Source: Guillardia theta CCMP2712 (lineage: Eukaryota > Protista > Cryptophyta). From it: DNA of 64,000 bases. Positions 12,619-25,814 of this stretch are shown here, piece by piece. How positions within the stretch are numbered: position 1 is the first letter of the stretch; every line of letters begins with the position of its first letter. The translations under genes and the position numbers were made by a program. The stretch covers positions 1,034,981 to 1,098,980 of the forward strand of contig NW_005434668.1 in NCBI RefSeq assembly GCF_000315625.1, given 5' to 3'. The notes below the pieces were generated by a model. That model ran no database searches. It was not told the origin of the DNA and saw only the letters and a program-made list of their open reading frames with translations.

Positions 12619-13694
12619 CTCGTTGGGCAAGGCTACTGACGATCAGAGGGCATCCACATTCTGCATCACAATGGTAAAGGATGGATATGACAACAAACGA
12701 AAACTGCAAACGCTCAGCTCCTGATTTCCAAAATTGACTATCTCTACCATCACTACTGGCAGAGATGGACTCGGCTTCTGTAGCACACAAAAACTCGTTT
12801 TCCCCTGAAGCTTTACATTTTAGTCTCACTGATCATCTTATCTGTTACATCTCTGAACCCTCTTCCTCTGACAAAGTCTGCCCTCAAGCAAGTTCCAATT
12901 CCCCTGACCCAGTGTTCTCTTTCAATCGCTGCTTTCCTATCTTACCCCATTCCTCACAGCATACCTCTCCCCTGCTCTGCTAGTCTCTCCTTCTTCCCTC
13001 CTCTCTCTGGGCATCTATCTTTGTGTTCTCATATTCTCTTCTTCTTTTGATAAATCAACATTTCACAATCTTTCTTCTCCTCACAAATCATATCTTGACT
13101 TTTCCATTAGATTCTCCTTGATGCATGAAAATTCTGTTTGATCTCCTCTTATCTCTCCACTTGGCCTCATCTTCTCAGTTCGACATCATCATTATCTGTA
13201 CAAAGTCCCCCATCCCCTCGGTTTGTCTCCGCCATGTTGCACCGTAAGTTTTCTCAGCCTCCACTTCCGCCAAACTACTACAAAAACTCATCCAGTTGAA
13301 TTTATATTGAAGTTGACAAACATATTTTTGAAAAGTGAACTGTAAATTTCATATATTTATTGAAATAATTGAGACAATATACCAATTCCGATAATGAATC
13401 TCCAGTCCCAATTACCACTACCCCTAAATATCCTTAAAAAAGCACCCGTGGATACAACGTACGTACAGGTACCCCGTCAATTATCACAGTATTACCCACC
13501 CTACCCTCAATTCTTCGAGAGCTTCTGCTAAGGCCTACGGGTGGATAGCACATGAAAATTGTGGGGTGGGGTATATCAGAACCAAGGGGTAGTAAACACC
13601 TTGATTGTAAAACTAGGGGTCTTTTAGTTCAATTAAGATATGAAAGGAGGGGGTAGTAAATGCAAACAGAGAAGTCGAACGGGTGGGTACGCGC

Positions 13695-14934
13695 ATGATG
13701 AGGGCATGGTGGATGATGCTGGCCTGCGCTGCGGTGGCGGCAGGAGGAGGCGACGGAGGAGGAAGGAGCGATGAGACGAGGGCTCAAGACATGCCCAGTA
13801 GGAAGGACCATGATCCCTCCATGAGCACGGAAGCTGAGTTTCGCTGGGCTCAGAGAAAGGACAGGATCCTTATTACGATCGACCTTCAGGTCTAGGCGAC
13901 GGATCTGTAGAGGTATGCTGATGGATGCTAGGGTGTTACGGACGAGAGCTTCTACGTGCACGAAGATGGGACGTTCAAATTTGAGGGAATGGGTTCCTAT
14001 AGGTCTGGCAAACATAACTCCTCCTTGCGTTGCATTGCTTCTCTGCCATGATTGTGATTCGAGAGTTTCTCTCTGCCCTCGATGATGGGAGGATTGAATG
14101 GTAACATCCTTTCCAGAGATCGAAGAGAGCAGAGAGAAAGATATTGGATTGATCTCCATCTTCACAAGGGGTTGAACGCCACAGACAGCTCATGTGGTGG
14201 TCTTTGCAAGGATTGGCGCCTGCACCCAAGAAAGAAGTCATGCAAAGTAAGCTGACGATTGAGAGACGATCTTGTGCTCTTTGCACTGAATTTGTTTCTC
14301 AGACCTCAGAGAACGCGAATCCCTGGGAAACCTGTGTGATCGGTCGTGAACTGTGCTTGCTTCAAACCGCCTCCACGTGACATGTTATCACATCAGACGC
14401 GGAGGTCTACAACGTCACCCACTGCGAGGTCAATGCTCGAGATGTCTCATGCACGCTCATGAAAGCAAAGAGAGAAGCTTACTGGTGATGACGTGCTCCT
14501 GTGCTCCGCCAGCACGAGCTCGGGTCATGTAAACTGAGCAGGCCTCATCTCCTCAAGGGGGGGAAGAAACCCAAGAATATGCATGTCGACTGGTCCAAGG
14601 TATCGACACCCTGAACGCCGACAAGAGCCAGAGGGAACGCTGACGATTCTTGTGCAGTGGCTGGATGAAGACAAGGATGGAGTGCGCTGGAATGATGATG
14701 TAGACCGGTATCGCCTGTTGCCTCGCATCTCCGTTGGGCCCTCAAGGTTGTGAATGTACAGACCCTGGGAATGGTGGAAACATGATGACGAAGAGGATGA
14801 TGAAGAGACTGAGGAAGACATGAGAAGGTGGAGTTTTCCTGCCATTGATGTGTTTTTTTGACATTGAAAATAGAAGGGAGGAACAGAAGAAGCGGTTCAA
14901 GAAAAAGAAGAAGCAGCGTGGTGAGAAGAAATAA
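13695..14934 (+). CDS. p23/Sba1-like CS-domain co-chaperone with a hydrophobic N-terminal leader
   Basis: FRWAQRKDRILITIDLQ; AYW|PHLLKGGKKPKNMHVDWSK|WLDED; acidic stretch then Lys-rich tail. Confidence 0.85.
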
Positions 14935-14986
14935 AGCATTTCATCGTAGTTTCGGAGCTCTTCACTGTGTGGGCGCACATGAAAGT

Positions 14987-15967
14987 CTACGGCTGGCTCA
15001 AGAGGCTGCTTAGATTCACATACTTCAGCCCATGAGGAAGAGGCAGCGCAGCATCGAGGAGCGTCTCGCCGCTCTTTGCAACGGACTCAATCTTGACGTG
15101 GGTAGGTACCCACTCCTCACCGCTCATTACAAAGCTGCTCTCCACGATGGCAGCACGGCGACTGCCTTCGATGTACATTCTCGGGCGCCACGTCCGATCG
15201 TGTCCCTTTTGCTGCCGTGAGCCAGAGTAGAACTCGTTGCTCAGGTAGGTCAGCTGCAGGGGGTGGGTGGCATCACCTAGAATCTCAGCGATCTCCGTGG
15301 CACTTTGCAGCCGGTTCGTCAGCTGCAGCAATGCAGAGTCTTTGGCTGTGAGCTCCTGGAAGTAGAGCTTGTCTGGAAGTGAAGGGTCGACTCCGTAGAA
15401 CTGATCTCTCCTCCTCTCCTCCTCGATCTCCTGCTCCATCATCTCCTGGTATTGCTCGGGAAGCATGTAGTACATTACAAGTTCTGTCGCTTGCACTGCC
15501 CAAACCACAAAGCCTTTCTCAACAGGTCAGAATCTACATGGCGCGATCAAGTATTTATCACCGGTTGCTGTTAGAAAATAAAAGACGGAATTCTTCAATA
15601 TTGAATACATTCCACCCGACTCACCCCTTGCCTCCTACTGTCTACGTCAGTTTTGATCTCTTATACAACTCTGCAATTAACAAAAGAAGAGACAAGACAC
15701 ACAAGATTGTTAACACGAGGACAACCTGGTGAAGTCTTCGAGCTCCTCTTGTGGCACACAGCTGCGTTATGCTTCTCACCGTGGTGTCCCGACCGTAGGG
15801 TCTACAAACTCGGATTGAAGGCTTGGTTAGGTCGTGAATGAGAACAGAATCACTGTAAGATATCCTTGTTGCATTTGATTCCATGTTCAGCTGTGATTGC
15901 GCAGGATTCAAACTTGACCGACTTGATCTCACATGTCCAAAAATCTTGCCAAAACTTTGCTTTGCAT
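14987..15967 (-). CDS. Mitochondrial inner-membrane-type protein, Tim21/Coa1-like
   Basis: N-terminus MQSKVLARFL (presequence-like), one TM, then IAEILGD..RMYIEGSRRAAIVESSFVMSGEEWVPTHVKIE, which matches the Tim21/Coa1 pattern. Confidence 0.5.
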
Positions 15968-16670
15968 TGAAAATAGCTACAGAAGAATTTAGTGGCAGAA
16001 GAGAAAATTCACCTTCCTCCTTCCCTTCAGAATATCCTCTCTCCTCCCCCTCCTCCCCCTCCCTCCCCATCCCTCCCCCTCCCTCCCCCTCCCTTCCCCT
16101 CCCTCCCCCTCCCTCCCCCTCCCTCACCTCGCCTGGTCGCCATTTTCCACGTGGTAATGGCGCACATAAACCGTTATTACGTTGCGTTGCAGTGTAACTG
16201 TCATAGATGACCTACCCGTGTATACAGAGTCAAATACGTGAACATGAAGGGTAGGTGGTTCCCCTGGTGCCCGTTACAACCGTTACCACGGACCCGTAAC
16301 GGCGAGTGTGCCGGAATGCAAGTTTGACTAGGGAGGAGTAGCGAACAGGTCAGGGAGCGAGGGAAGAAGAAGCGAGCAGGTCGAAGACAGAGAAAGAGGG
16401 AGAGAGGGAGGAGAGGTGATGAGATCCGAGGAGAGGGTGCGACCCTTGCGGAAGGCGATGCACTGAGATAGGACGGATCGGACTCGAAGCCAGGAGGATT
16501 GGAAGCAAGTTCCGAACTTGCTTCTCACACTGACCACTTCATTGCTGCGTCAGGTGTTTGAGGGTCGACATGATACGATCGGATGTGTGTAGATGATGGA
16601 GATCGCTGAGCTACAACTCCCAACGCTCACGGCAACGATCAACTAAGAAGAGGGTGTCAAGTCACTGCCA

Positions 16671-19600
16671 ATGGCGCCGGGCATACTTCAGCTCGTTCTA
16701 ATCGCGGCGTTGTACTCCGTAGATCCATGGGCAGTTCACTGTCAGGTGAGAATTCTCTGCGAGTCCTGCCCTAGCAGCTAACTGATGTGGTTCAGACGCT
16801 GCAAACATACTGCAGAGACGTAGAATACACTTCAACGATCGTTTGTCCGACTTATCGCACGAAAGTGTGCCTGAGCTCCCTGACGGTGCCGCCTGTCGAT
16901 GTGATACAACAGATTCCGCAGAAGTCTCTAGATCTCAGCACTTGTTACTCTGTAGCTGCGAGCATGTGCAGTCAGATCGGCTCGACCTTCACCACATACG
17001 TCTCCGACTGCAAACTTTGGGGTTGCTATGGCAGCCCTGCCCAATGCGAGGTTGACAGCGATTGTACCAAAGAAGCTCAGAATGCAATTCAAGTGAATTT
17101 CTTGAACTGCGCATGGGACCTCAACCAAGTTCAGCGCGGGTGTGATGTTGTTCCTGCTTCATGGCTGGCACAACACAACACCCAGTGCCTGTCCAACGAC
17201 GTCGCGCCAGTGATCAAGAAAGATACTTTTTCTCATGCTTCCGACTTCCTCTCCTTCACCTCGAAGCTGAGGGATGGAGTCCCTCTGTATGACAAGCACG
17301 TGGAGGCCGTTGACACCAAGGCAGGCATACTCGATCTGATTTTACAGGACAGAATCGGCAATCTTAATGCAAGGTGGAAGGGCAGTGGATACGCAGACAA
17401 GCTTGTTCAGGTATGACTTGTTTTTTTCTTGATGCAGATCACTCGGTACGCAGCTCTGAACTGATTGCAGGGAGTGACAGTTTGCTTCATTGTGGGTTGC
17501 AGTATTGCTGCTGCTACGATCTTGTTACACACGCTCGCCTCACCCTTCCTCTTCTGCTTTCGACGGGCAACAGAGCACCGGCCTGACAGGATGCTAATCT
17601 TGCAGATCGCTACCTTGATCGTTTTCATTCTTCCCGTCACCAGCTTCACCGTGATAGGCTGCATTTCTTGTTCCAAGTCGCTGGACGAATACTCCACTAG
17701 AGCGAATTCGTTCTTGAAAGTCTTCAACACATTGATAAGGTGCTTCTGAGAGCTTTCTTCACTCAACAGTGCCTGTGCTAACCATGTTTGCAGTTATGGT
17801 TTCTACTTCAACACAACTATCGACACGGTCCTCGGCAGTCAAAACAGCAATGGGCTGTTGTATGACACGCTCTTGAGTTCATCGTCGATCTTTGCAGACT
17901 CTTACCTGATCTCCAAGTATCGACAAGACCTTTCCACTGACCTCAACAACATTTACTTGAAACTTGATGCCTGGTCGAGCATCAACATCTCCAGTGCTGT
18001 CACCATCAATCCGCTGAAAGAGGGGGTCAAGACTTTCAATGCTACTCTGATGGGACGGACAATCCCTTCCTTCCAGTTGAACAGACCCATCACAGCTGTA
18101 GTCAAGGTCATTGCGAGACAACCGCTGTTGAAGGCGATCTACATCTTACAAGCAGCAAACTCTACTCTCACAAAGTATGGCGACGGGTACGCGACAGACG
18201 TGAAGCCATACGTCAAGAAGCTCAATCAAATCTTCATGATAACCATCCTCGGACTATTCATCCTCACCTTCTTTACAAACGCTCTGCTCCCCTTTATCAA
18301 TCTCTTCCTGGGCAGCAAGGCCAAGCATATCTGGGTGTACTGCGTGAGTGTTGTGCTCGCAAGTCTCTACTGGATTTCCCTGGGGTCGCTCTATCCCGTC
18401 GCCGAGCTCCTCGGCTCCTTCTGCGACCTTCTCCCCAGCGTCTCTCCGGAGAAGGGCGTCACGCTCCTGACGGCTGCCTTCGGCGCTGTGTACGCTCCTA
18501 CCTCAACCAAGTTGTTCTCCTCATGCCTGGGATCGACCAACGCGTACGGGTCGAGCATGTTTCAAGTCTTGGATGTGAACGAGACGGCGGTGAACCAATC
18601 CTTCGATCCCTTTCGCCTTCGAAATCAAGTCTCTTGTTCTTGTGTGCTTGTCTCATCTGCTCTGACGCTCTCTCAGGTCGACATCGCAGCTATTCAAACT
18701 CTCATCTCTGACTCGAAGGCCGGCATCTTCAACGCCAGCAGCGAACTGAATCTCCTCTACAACGAACTGTCCCTGAGCAATGCAAACGGCTCTGAGTGTG
18801 CTGACATCACTGTTGCTCGTTGCATATCAGAAGCAGCCACTTGTCAGTCCTCAGGTTTCCCGCAAGGCGATCTCGCTATCAGCTCGTCAAACTATCAGTG
18901 CGACACTTGCTCGCCATGCGCCGGAAGCTGCAAGACAGTCTGCATGTGCTGTCAGACACTGATGATCCTTGACGAGGCCAAACTGATTGTGGCTAAAGCA
19001 ATCAATGACTTGGCTCTCCTCAACACCTCCATCCTGCAGCTCCAGAAAAACGTCTCGATCCAGTCAGACGCGTCTAAGCCAGGTTGATCTCGTTCCATGT
19101 CAAGCTAACCGACGACTGACGGACGTTTGTCAGGCTCACTTGAGAACAAACTTGACCTGCTGAGAAAGAGGGTGCTGGACTTGAACGTGAGCTGCGTGGA
19201 CGGAGTCTTTGGGGTTAGAGATGACTACCTCAGCTTCGTCAGCCTCGTCTGCACCGGCTTTCTGTCCGACTACGATATGGTTTGGCTCTGTTGCGCCTTG
19301 TTCGCAGTCTTGCTCCAATGGATGCCTTTGTTCATGTGGAAGGCCCACGAGTGGAAACAGAAGGACAAGAAGCTCGCAACTGATCCCGACGGCTCCTCCC
19401 AGCCGCAGACTCCTCGGTCCATGGAGCCAAACCCACTGCAAGTCGCCCTCTATCCTCGACGGTCGGACAGCTTCAGCAAGGGAGGGCTCAATCCTCCTAC
19501 CCCACCGAGGCTCATGTTGCCCTACTACAGCGAGAGCTATGCTCCCATGGATCGCACGAGCATGGACCAGCAGCGCTCGAACTCCTTCGACTATCCTCCC

Positions 19601-19853
19601 GGCTTCGAGACGATCTACCCAACCCAGATGTACCCGGAGTCTCCGAGGTACTACGACTCGTTCGACCGGTTCGATCAGAGGCATCGCAACCAGTTCCCGT
19701 CAGGAGCATATACCGTGAGCCTCCTCTCTTCTCCTGCCTCGCTGACCTCTCGAATGACAGATGGAGCCGCCCTCGACCACCACCGCTCAGTTCGTCGCCT
19801 TGAACCCTGAATCGTCATCCTACTGGAACGGCCCGGACACAGCCATGACGTGA
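16671..19853 (+). CDS. Prominin/tweety-like pentaspan membrane glycoprotein with Cys-rich ectodomains
   Basis: Signal peptide MAPGILQLVLIAALYS; 2+2+1 TM layout with two large loops; FCD motif after TM4 and CTGFLSDYDMVW before TM5; Pro/Tyr-rich cytosolic tail. Confidence 0.65.
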
Positions 19854-19912
19854 CCGTCTGTTGTTTGAAGAGGAGAAAATGTCTAACTATCAATAAGAAT
19901 GATTCCTTGCCA

Positions 19913-21616
19913 TCATTCCTTGCCATCTCCTGCGCTCGACCGGTCTGAACTCAGCACGTCGTTCTCCACATTATCGTGAGGAAATTGTGATCTTTTCTGC
20001 GCTCCTGTCCCAAACAAGACCTCGAAGACATCACTGGCAAACTGAGGGTTGCTGATGTACACGCTCGATGGTTCTTGTGCAAACTCCACGAACAGACTGC
20101 ACGCCCACATCTCCGCGCATTCCAGCGCCCAGTTTCCGGCTGCGATCCCGGTGATGAAGCAGAACCATCCGATGCGCTCAGCCACCAGGAAGGGATACCC
20201 TGATATCTGAACGAGAAGTGTGCCAGCGATGCTGCACGCCGTGCCGAGGAAGAGGAGGTTCATGATGCGAACCCCGAACAAGAGGTCGCTGTTCACCACA
20301 TCCTTCATCCCGGTCCTATCGAACAGATCCCACAGCTCCCGCGACTTGCGCACGAAGTTCTTCCTCTCGCCCTCATCGAAAGTCAAGCCAAAGAAGTTTG
20401 AAAACTTTGAGATCGGGTGAGTGAAGAAGGAGAGCAACGATCCGAGATGATACCGCATGCCTGAGCGGTGAAGATGCTGAGAAAACAGAAAGAGAGCTCA
20501 AAAATGCCTTCACCTGATCTCACTCTACTCGAGCGACGAAAGGCCTCAGTGAAGCTGTTCAATATTTGAGAAATGATCAATACTTGAGAAGACATGAGGA
20601 TTGAAGGAATCTTCTGCCTAAAATACAGCTTCTCTTGGTAGTCAGACAGCAAAACTACATCCGATCGCTTCCTCGCAGCTTCGGATAGCTTTGAAGATAT
20701 GCTCCAAATGCTGATCCAAAGAGAAGACTTGATCTGGAGTCCAGTGAATTTGTCGTCACTAGATAAACAAATTTCTTACCGTCATGGTAACACTGTACAA
20801 GTTATACAACAGGAAAGTTTTGGCTACCCACAGGGAGGGACTGCCGAAAGACACGTAGTTTCCACCTCCTGTCGACCATCGAGGGAAGGGATTCGAGCTC
20901 TGGGTCACGTTGGAGCTCGGGGAGACATCTTCGACCTCGACGAGGTTGATGTAGCACAACGACCACAGCACGATGTACATGAGAAGCACCAGCGCATGAG
21001 CACAGGCTCGCACAAAGATGCTCCGTACTTTGAGAAGAGATTCAGCGCCGGCAGAGAAAGTGGAGTCGGCGAACTTGAGCCTGCGGTAGACGAGGAGCAA
21101 GTAGAGGACTCCAGAGGCTGCAGTCTCGAGGTACTGAAACGCCTGAGAAAAGTTGTTGTGCAAGGGCCCATACAAGAGAGCACTCCACACTCCCGCTCCT
21201 ATCATAGCGGCGACGGATATCAGCAGCCCTGAGCTCGGACGAAGCAGAAACCTGATGTACTTGTTTGCTTGCAACGGGATGCAGAGGATGCCGAAGACTG
21301 AGACGCAAGCAGCCGTGAAGGAGGGGATGAGAGCGAGCTGGATGGGAGGCTGGGAGTAATTATGGTAGAGCCCAGTGAGAAGGAGAAAGGCAAAGATCAT
21401 GTAATGCAAGGCCACCATGAGCATACACCAGAAGGAGCTGCCAGACAGCGACAGCGGCTTGTCGATGTACACAACCCTCTTGACACGTGCTCGACGCCTC
21501 ACGAGCAAGGGAGCCTTGTTGGCCTCCCCTGGTGAAACCAGAAACGCTTCACTCCTCGGCTGAAAGGTCTTCGACCCGGCTTCCTGCTGTGGCTCGATCT
21601 CCTCCATCTTATGCAC
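19913..21616 (-). CDS. Multi-pass membrane protein of unknown family
   Basis: ORFs 20759-21616 and 19913-20458 contain about 8 hydrophobic segments and are joined by short introns; the 5' end may extend to about 21700. Confidence 0.65.
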
Positions 21617-23300
21617 ACTTGCTGCCTTGCTGCCTCACCTTGCTCCTGCTACATTCAGACAGCATCTTCTCCTCCATCTCCGCACCAGCTTTCAAGAGCC
21701 ATGTCGGTCTGCTACATGGTTGCTGCATACCGTACCGGGCCTATGATGACGAGGGCAGCATCTCATGACTACAGTCCATTGCTAGTCTCATCCAGAGCCC
21801 CGGGGGCACCATTGGCCCGCGGGCCAATGTACTTTGGCCCCGGTGGGCCTCAGTGGCCGGAGCCTCGGAGCTGATTTCAACTGCCGGCTAGTGACTACCG
21901 CACGACTGAACGGGGCCCCGCCGGGCCCGGGCCGGCACCACTCAGTGAGCCTTTGGGCGCAGCGGCCAAGCGATGCATAACGCAAAAGTTGGACATCACA
22001 TCGCTTCACTGCGGATTGATATAAAATAGAAGTCTTTTGGTTGCCCAGTACGTAAATCAGAAGCTGCGTTTCACGCGTGGCCACAAAGTCTCCAGGACTG
22101 ATACTGCAGCAGTAATAATAATAATTTACGAAAATAAAAAAGTAAACGATGGTGAAGTTGATACTCCATTCTTTCCTCAACTTGGCAGTACGGTGCGCCG
22201 GCCCGAGGCTGACTCGGTGTTCACCGGTAGTATCATGGCATGGGGGCGCACCGTGCCTGCTTTTCAACACCGATCATTTTTCCTTTTCCCCCACAAGAAT
22301 GGACGAACTCGGAATACATACCTGCAAAGGACTCCAGAGGGAGACCGTGGGCGGTCCTCACCGGGAGGTCCCCCGAGGGAGGGGTCAGGGTGCCAGCCTG
22401 TCAGGGAAGGGGCCCGGGGGCGAGCGGAAAGCATGAGTGATGGATCGAGTAGGAATGATATACTGGACAGCATCGTGTTTCTCGGGCACTGTCTAGACTT
22501 GACACTGGGACCCACCTGCAAGGTGGACTGAAGGGATGCCGGGTGGCTGGGTATCACAGGTACGTAATCAACTTCGCGAGCATCCAAGTTTCATCCGATG
22601 TTAGGACTGACTGACTGAATTGGGTACCTGACCTTGGTTGAATTTTTAATTTTTCTGTAGGGAATTCACAATTAGAGTAAAGGAGACCCTAAATCTTGCC
22701 GTAAAAGGTCGCAGGGTCATGGCCTCTCGCAGTCACGGTCTTGAAGGGCCTCGAGTGAGGGGATGGAGAGGGGAGATGAAAACCAGCCGGTGAGGCCCAC
22801 AGATTGGTCATATTTTGGCCACTTCTACCAAATCTTTCGTCTAAGGTTCAAGTAAACAGATCAAGTTTGAAATTAATCATTTTTGTATTGGAGCTATAGT
22901 CGTGATAAGACCCAGGTACTAGGATACCCGTGTAGAGGTGCCTAGGATGTGCCTGAGGGCTCAACGATTCTCTGGGTTAACATCAGAGCAGCCGTAAGCT
23001 TGCAACTCTCCTCGGTTACCGTTAGGGACATGACCCCTCCTTTGACCCTACTATAACCGGTACTACATGAAAGGTTGCAAACATTTTCCCCACCTCGAAA
23101 ATATCCTTACCGGTAGGAACCCCACCCCCACCCTCTCGATACTCCTTTGATGTACTTCATCACCTACCCCTTGTGATCTACCCCACCCACTCTGTTGTAT
23201 TTTTCTCCATCACCCCTCCCCTGTAAATTGACTACCCTGTAAAAAATGAATCCCCTTTGCTGAGAGACAGCGTGGGTGGGGTGGGTAGGGCTATCAGGAG

Positions 23301-23310
23301 ATATATAAAC
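23301..23310 (+). promoter_or_regulatory. TATA-box candidate upstream of DUR3
   Basis: ATATATAAAC 40-50 nt before the ATG at 23350. Confidence 0.45.
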
Positions 23311-23349
23311 AGGGGAGAGGGCAGGAGGGACGAGGAAGGGACCAGCGGC

Positions 23350-25720
23350 ATGTCGTGCTACCTCGAGAACACGGTGAGACGCCGTCAATGCTGTTTGCTT
23401 CTCCCTCCTAGCTCGAACATGTTCCTTTCTCTCGCACTCCTCCCATCCTGATTCCAGGTTCCTGACTTTGATTGTTCAGGCTCTCTTCAAGAGCCAAATC
23501 GGCATCACTCCATGGGACACTTGCGTCAACGGTGTCAGTCAGTACAAGAACATCTTCGGCCTGTCCGACTACATGGGAAAGTCTTACGATGGGAGATGCT
23601 CTTTCTTCCAAGGAACTCCTCCCCTTCCAGAAGGTCTTGGATGGTTCATCATTCTCGGAATCGGCGTCATTTTCGCGTTGATCACTTCCCTCATGGTTTG
23701 GTTTGCGTCGTCCCACACTCGCGAAGATCAGCAGGTCGGCAGGAACTCTGAGCAGTTCACCTCTGGTGGACGACAGATCCCCGCGGGTCTCACAGCGGCG
23801 GATGTCGTGTCAAAGTGGACATGGGCAGCCACTCTCCTGCAGTCCAGCAATGTCGCATACCAGCAGGGCGTGTCTGGACCTTTCTGGTATGCTGCTGGAG
23901 CAACGATCCAGGTCATCCTGTTCGCGACTCTGGCCATCGAAATCAAGAGGAAGTGTCCTGCCATCCACACGGTGCTCGAGGTTGTGCTGGTCCGCTGGGG
24001 TGTCGCCGCGCACATGGTCTTCCTCTTCTTTTGCATTCTCACCAACCTCATCGTCACGGCCATGTTGATCTTGGGAGGAGCAGCGACAGTCGAGGCGCTG
24101 ACGGGTGTGAACGTCTATGCTGCAAGCTTCTTGATCCCTATTCCTGTTTGCGTCTACACCGCCTTTGGAGGGTTGAAGGGAACTTACTACGCCTCCTTCA
24201 CGCACACTGTCATCATCTTCATCGCTCTTCTCATCTTCATGTGGAAGATCTACGCGGGCCCCTCGGACATCGGAAGCAGCGACAGGATGTACGACAACTT
24301 GGTATGCGATGCCATCAAGAGTCAGAACACCACCGGCTTGGAGTTTGCCACTGGCAACAGCCATGGAAGTCTCTTGACCATGTGGTCGCAAGGAGGTCTT
24401 ATCTTCGGTATCGTCAACATCGTCGGAAACTTCGGCACGGTCTTCGTTGATCAGTCCTACTGGCAGGGAGCCATTGCCTGCCAGCCCAGCGCCACCTGGA
24501 AGGGTTACCTGCTGGGAGGCATCTCTTGGTTTGCCATCCCCTTCTCCATGGCGACTTCCCTCGGCCTCGCTGCCCATGCTCTCAACTTGCCCATCACTCC
24601 CTCCGAGTCCGCGCAGGGTCTGGTGCCCCCCGCCGTGGCTGTGCATCTGCTGGGTCAGGGCGGTGCCTTCTTGATCGCCTTCCAGCTGTTCCTTGCCGTG
24701 ACTTCGACTGCCAACTCCGAGCAGCTCGCCGTGTCCTCGCTCCTCGCCTACGACGTGTACAAGCGCTACATCAACCCCCAGGCCACCGGCAAGCAGATCA
24801 TCTTCGTCTCGCGCGCTGGAATCATCTTCTGGGCGATCTTCTCGGGTGTGGTTGCAGCCATTTTGAAGCAGTTCGACATCAGCTTGGGTTGGGTCTACAT
24901 GTCTATGGGTAACTTCATCGGCTCTGCTGTCGTTCCCATCACCTTCTCCCTCACCTGGAAGGACTGCACGGCTCTCGGAGCAATCTCTGGCGCCGTCGGC
25001 GGGCTCGCAGCAGCTTTCATCGGATGGTTCTCGGTTGCCGCTTCCCTGAACAATGGAGTGATCAATGTGGACACCCTTGGAGGAAACTACCCCATGCTGA
25101 CCGGCAACCTGCTTTCCCTCTGCGTCTCCCCCATCATCTGCATCATCGTCTCGCTAATGAGCCCTCAGAATTACGACTGGAAGGATCTCGAGGAGAAGAC
25201 CGGAACTTACCTTGTCGAGGACGACCCTCATGCGCACTTGAAGGCGTCGGGAGGTGTGGATTCCAAGGAAGCCATGGACAATGCCTACTACTGGGTGACG
25301 AGGGGAGGAACTGCGCTTTCCATCGTTCTTATCATCCTCTGGCCGCTGCTCACGCTGCCCCAGAACCCCTTCAGCAAGTCTTACTTTGGCTGGTGGGTGG
25401 CCATCGCCTTCATCTGGGGTCACATGGCCTTCTTGGCCACCGTCGTCTACCCTGTCGTCCAGTACTTCCTGCCCCCCAAGGACATGTACCTCGATCCCTC
25501 CGAGTCCGGAATTGCTCCCGTCAAGCCGCAGGAGATGCAGCAGAACTCTCCTGCTCCAGCTGGTTTCGTCATGAACCCCGCCATGGGGGCTCCGGGTATG
25601 ATGATGTATGCTCCTCCCTTCCAGTCGTGGAACGGTCCTGTCCAGGGCTTCAGCACTGTTGGACCCTTCGGTGCCACGAACGTCCAAGGCATGCCTACTC
25701 CCATATTCCCTCAAGCTTAA
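23350..25720 (+). CDS. DUR3: High-affinity urea:H+/Na+ symporter (SSS family)
   Basis: Exon 1 MSCYLENT (23350-23373), exon 2 23480-25720; motifs VVSKWTWAATLLQSS, GPFWYAAGATIQ, GNFGTVFVDQSYWQ, YDVYKRYINP. Confidence 0.97.
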
Positions 25721-25814
25721 AGTGTGATCATAAAACCAACAATAGAGTGAAGTGTGAATTTGTGAAAAATCTCAAAAAAAAGTAACTTTCTTTTTCTAAT
25801 AAACATGTTTCACA

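Noticed and set aside
16210-16257. ACCTACCC...GGGTAGGT inverted repeat as a MITE or terminator
   Set aside because: Only 8 bp and part of the general GGGTAG motif field
22037-22587. GC-rich segment considered as SRP, RNase P/MRP RNA or a small ORF
   Set aside because: Conserved ncRNA boxes were not convincingly present and the ORFs lack coding features; an Infernal/Rfam scan would settle it
23703-25785. Long overlapping and antisense ORFs within DUR3 (similar ones within VPS13 and the lipase)
   Set aside because: Shadow frames caused by GC3-biased codon usage
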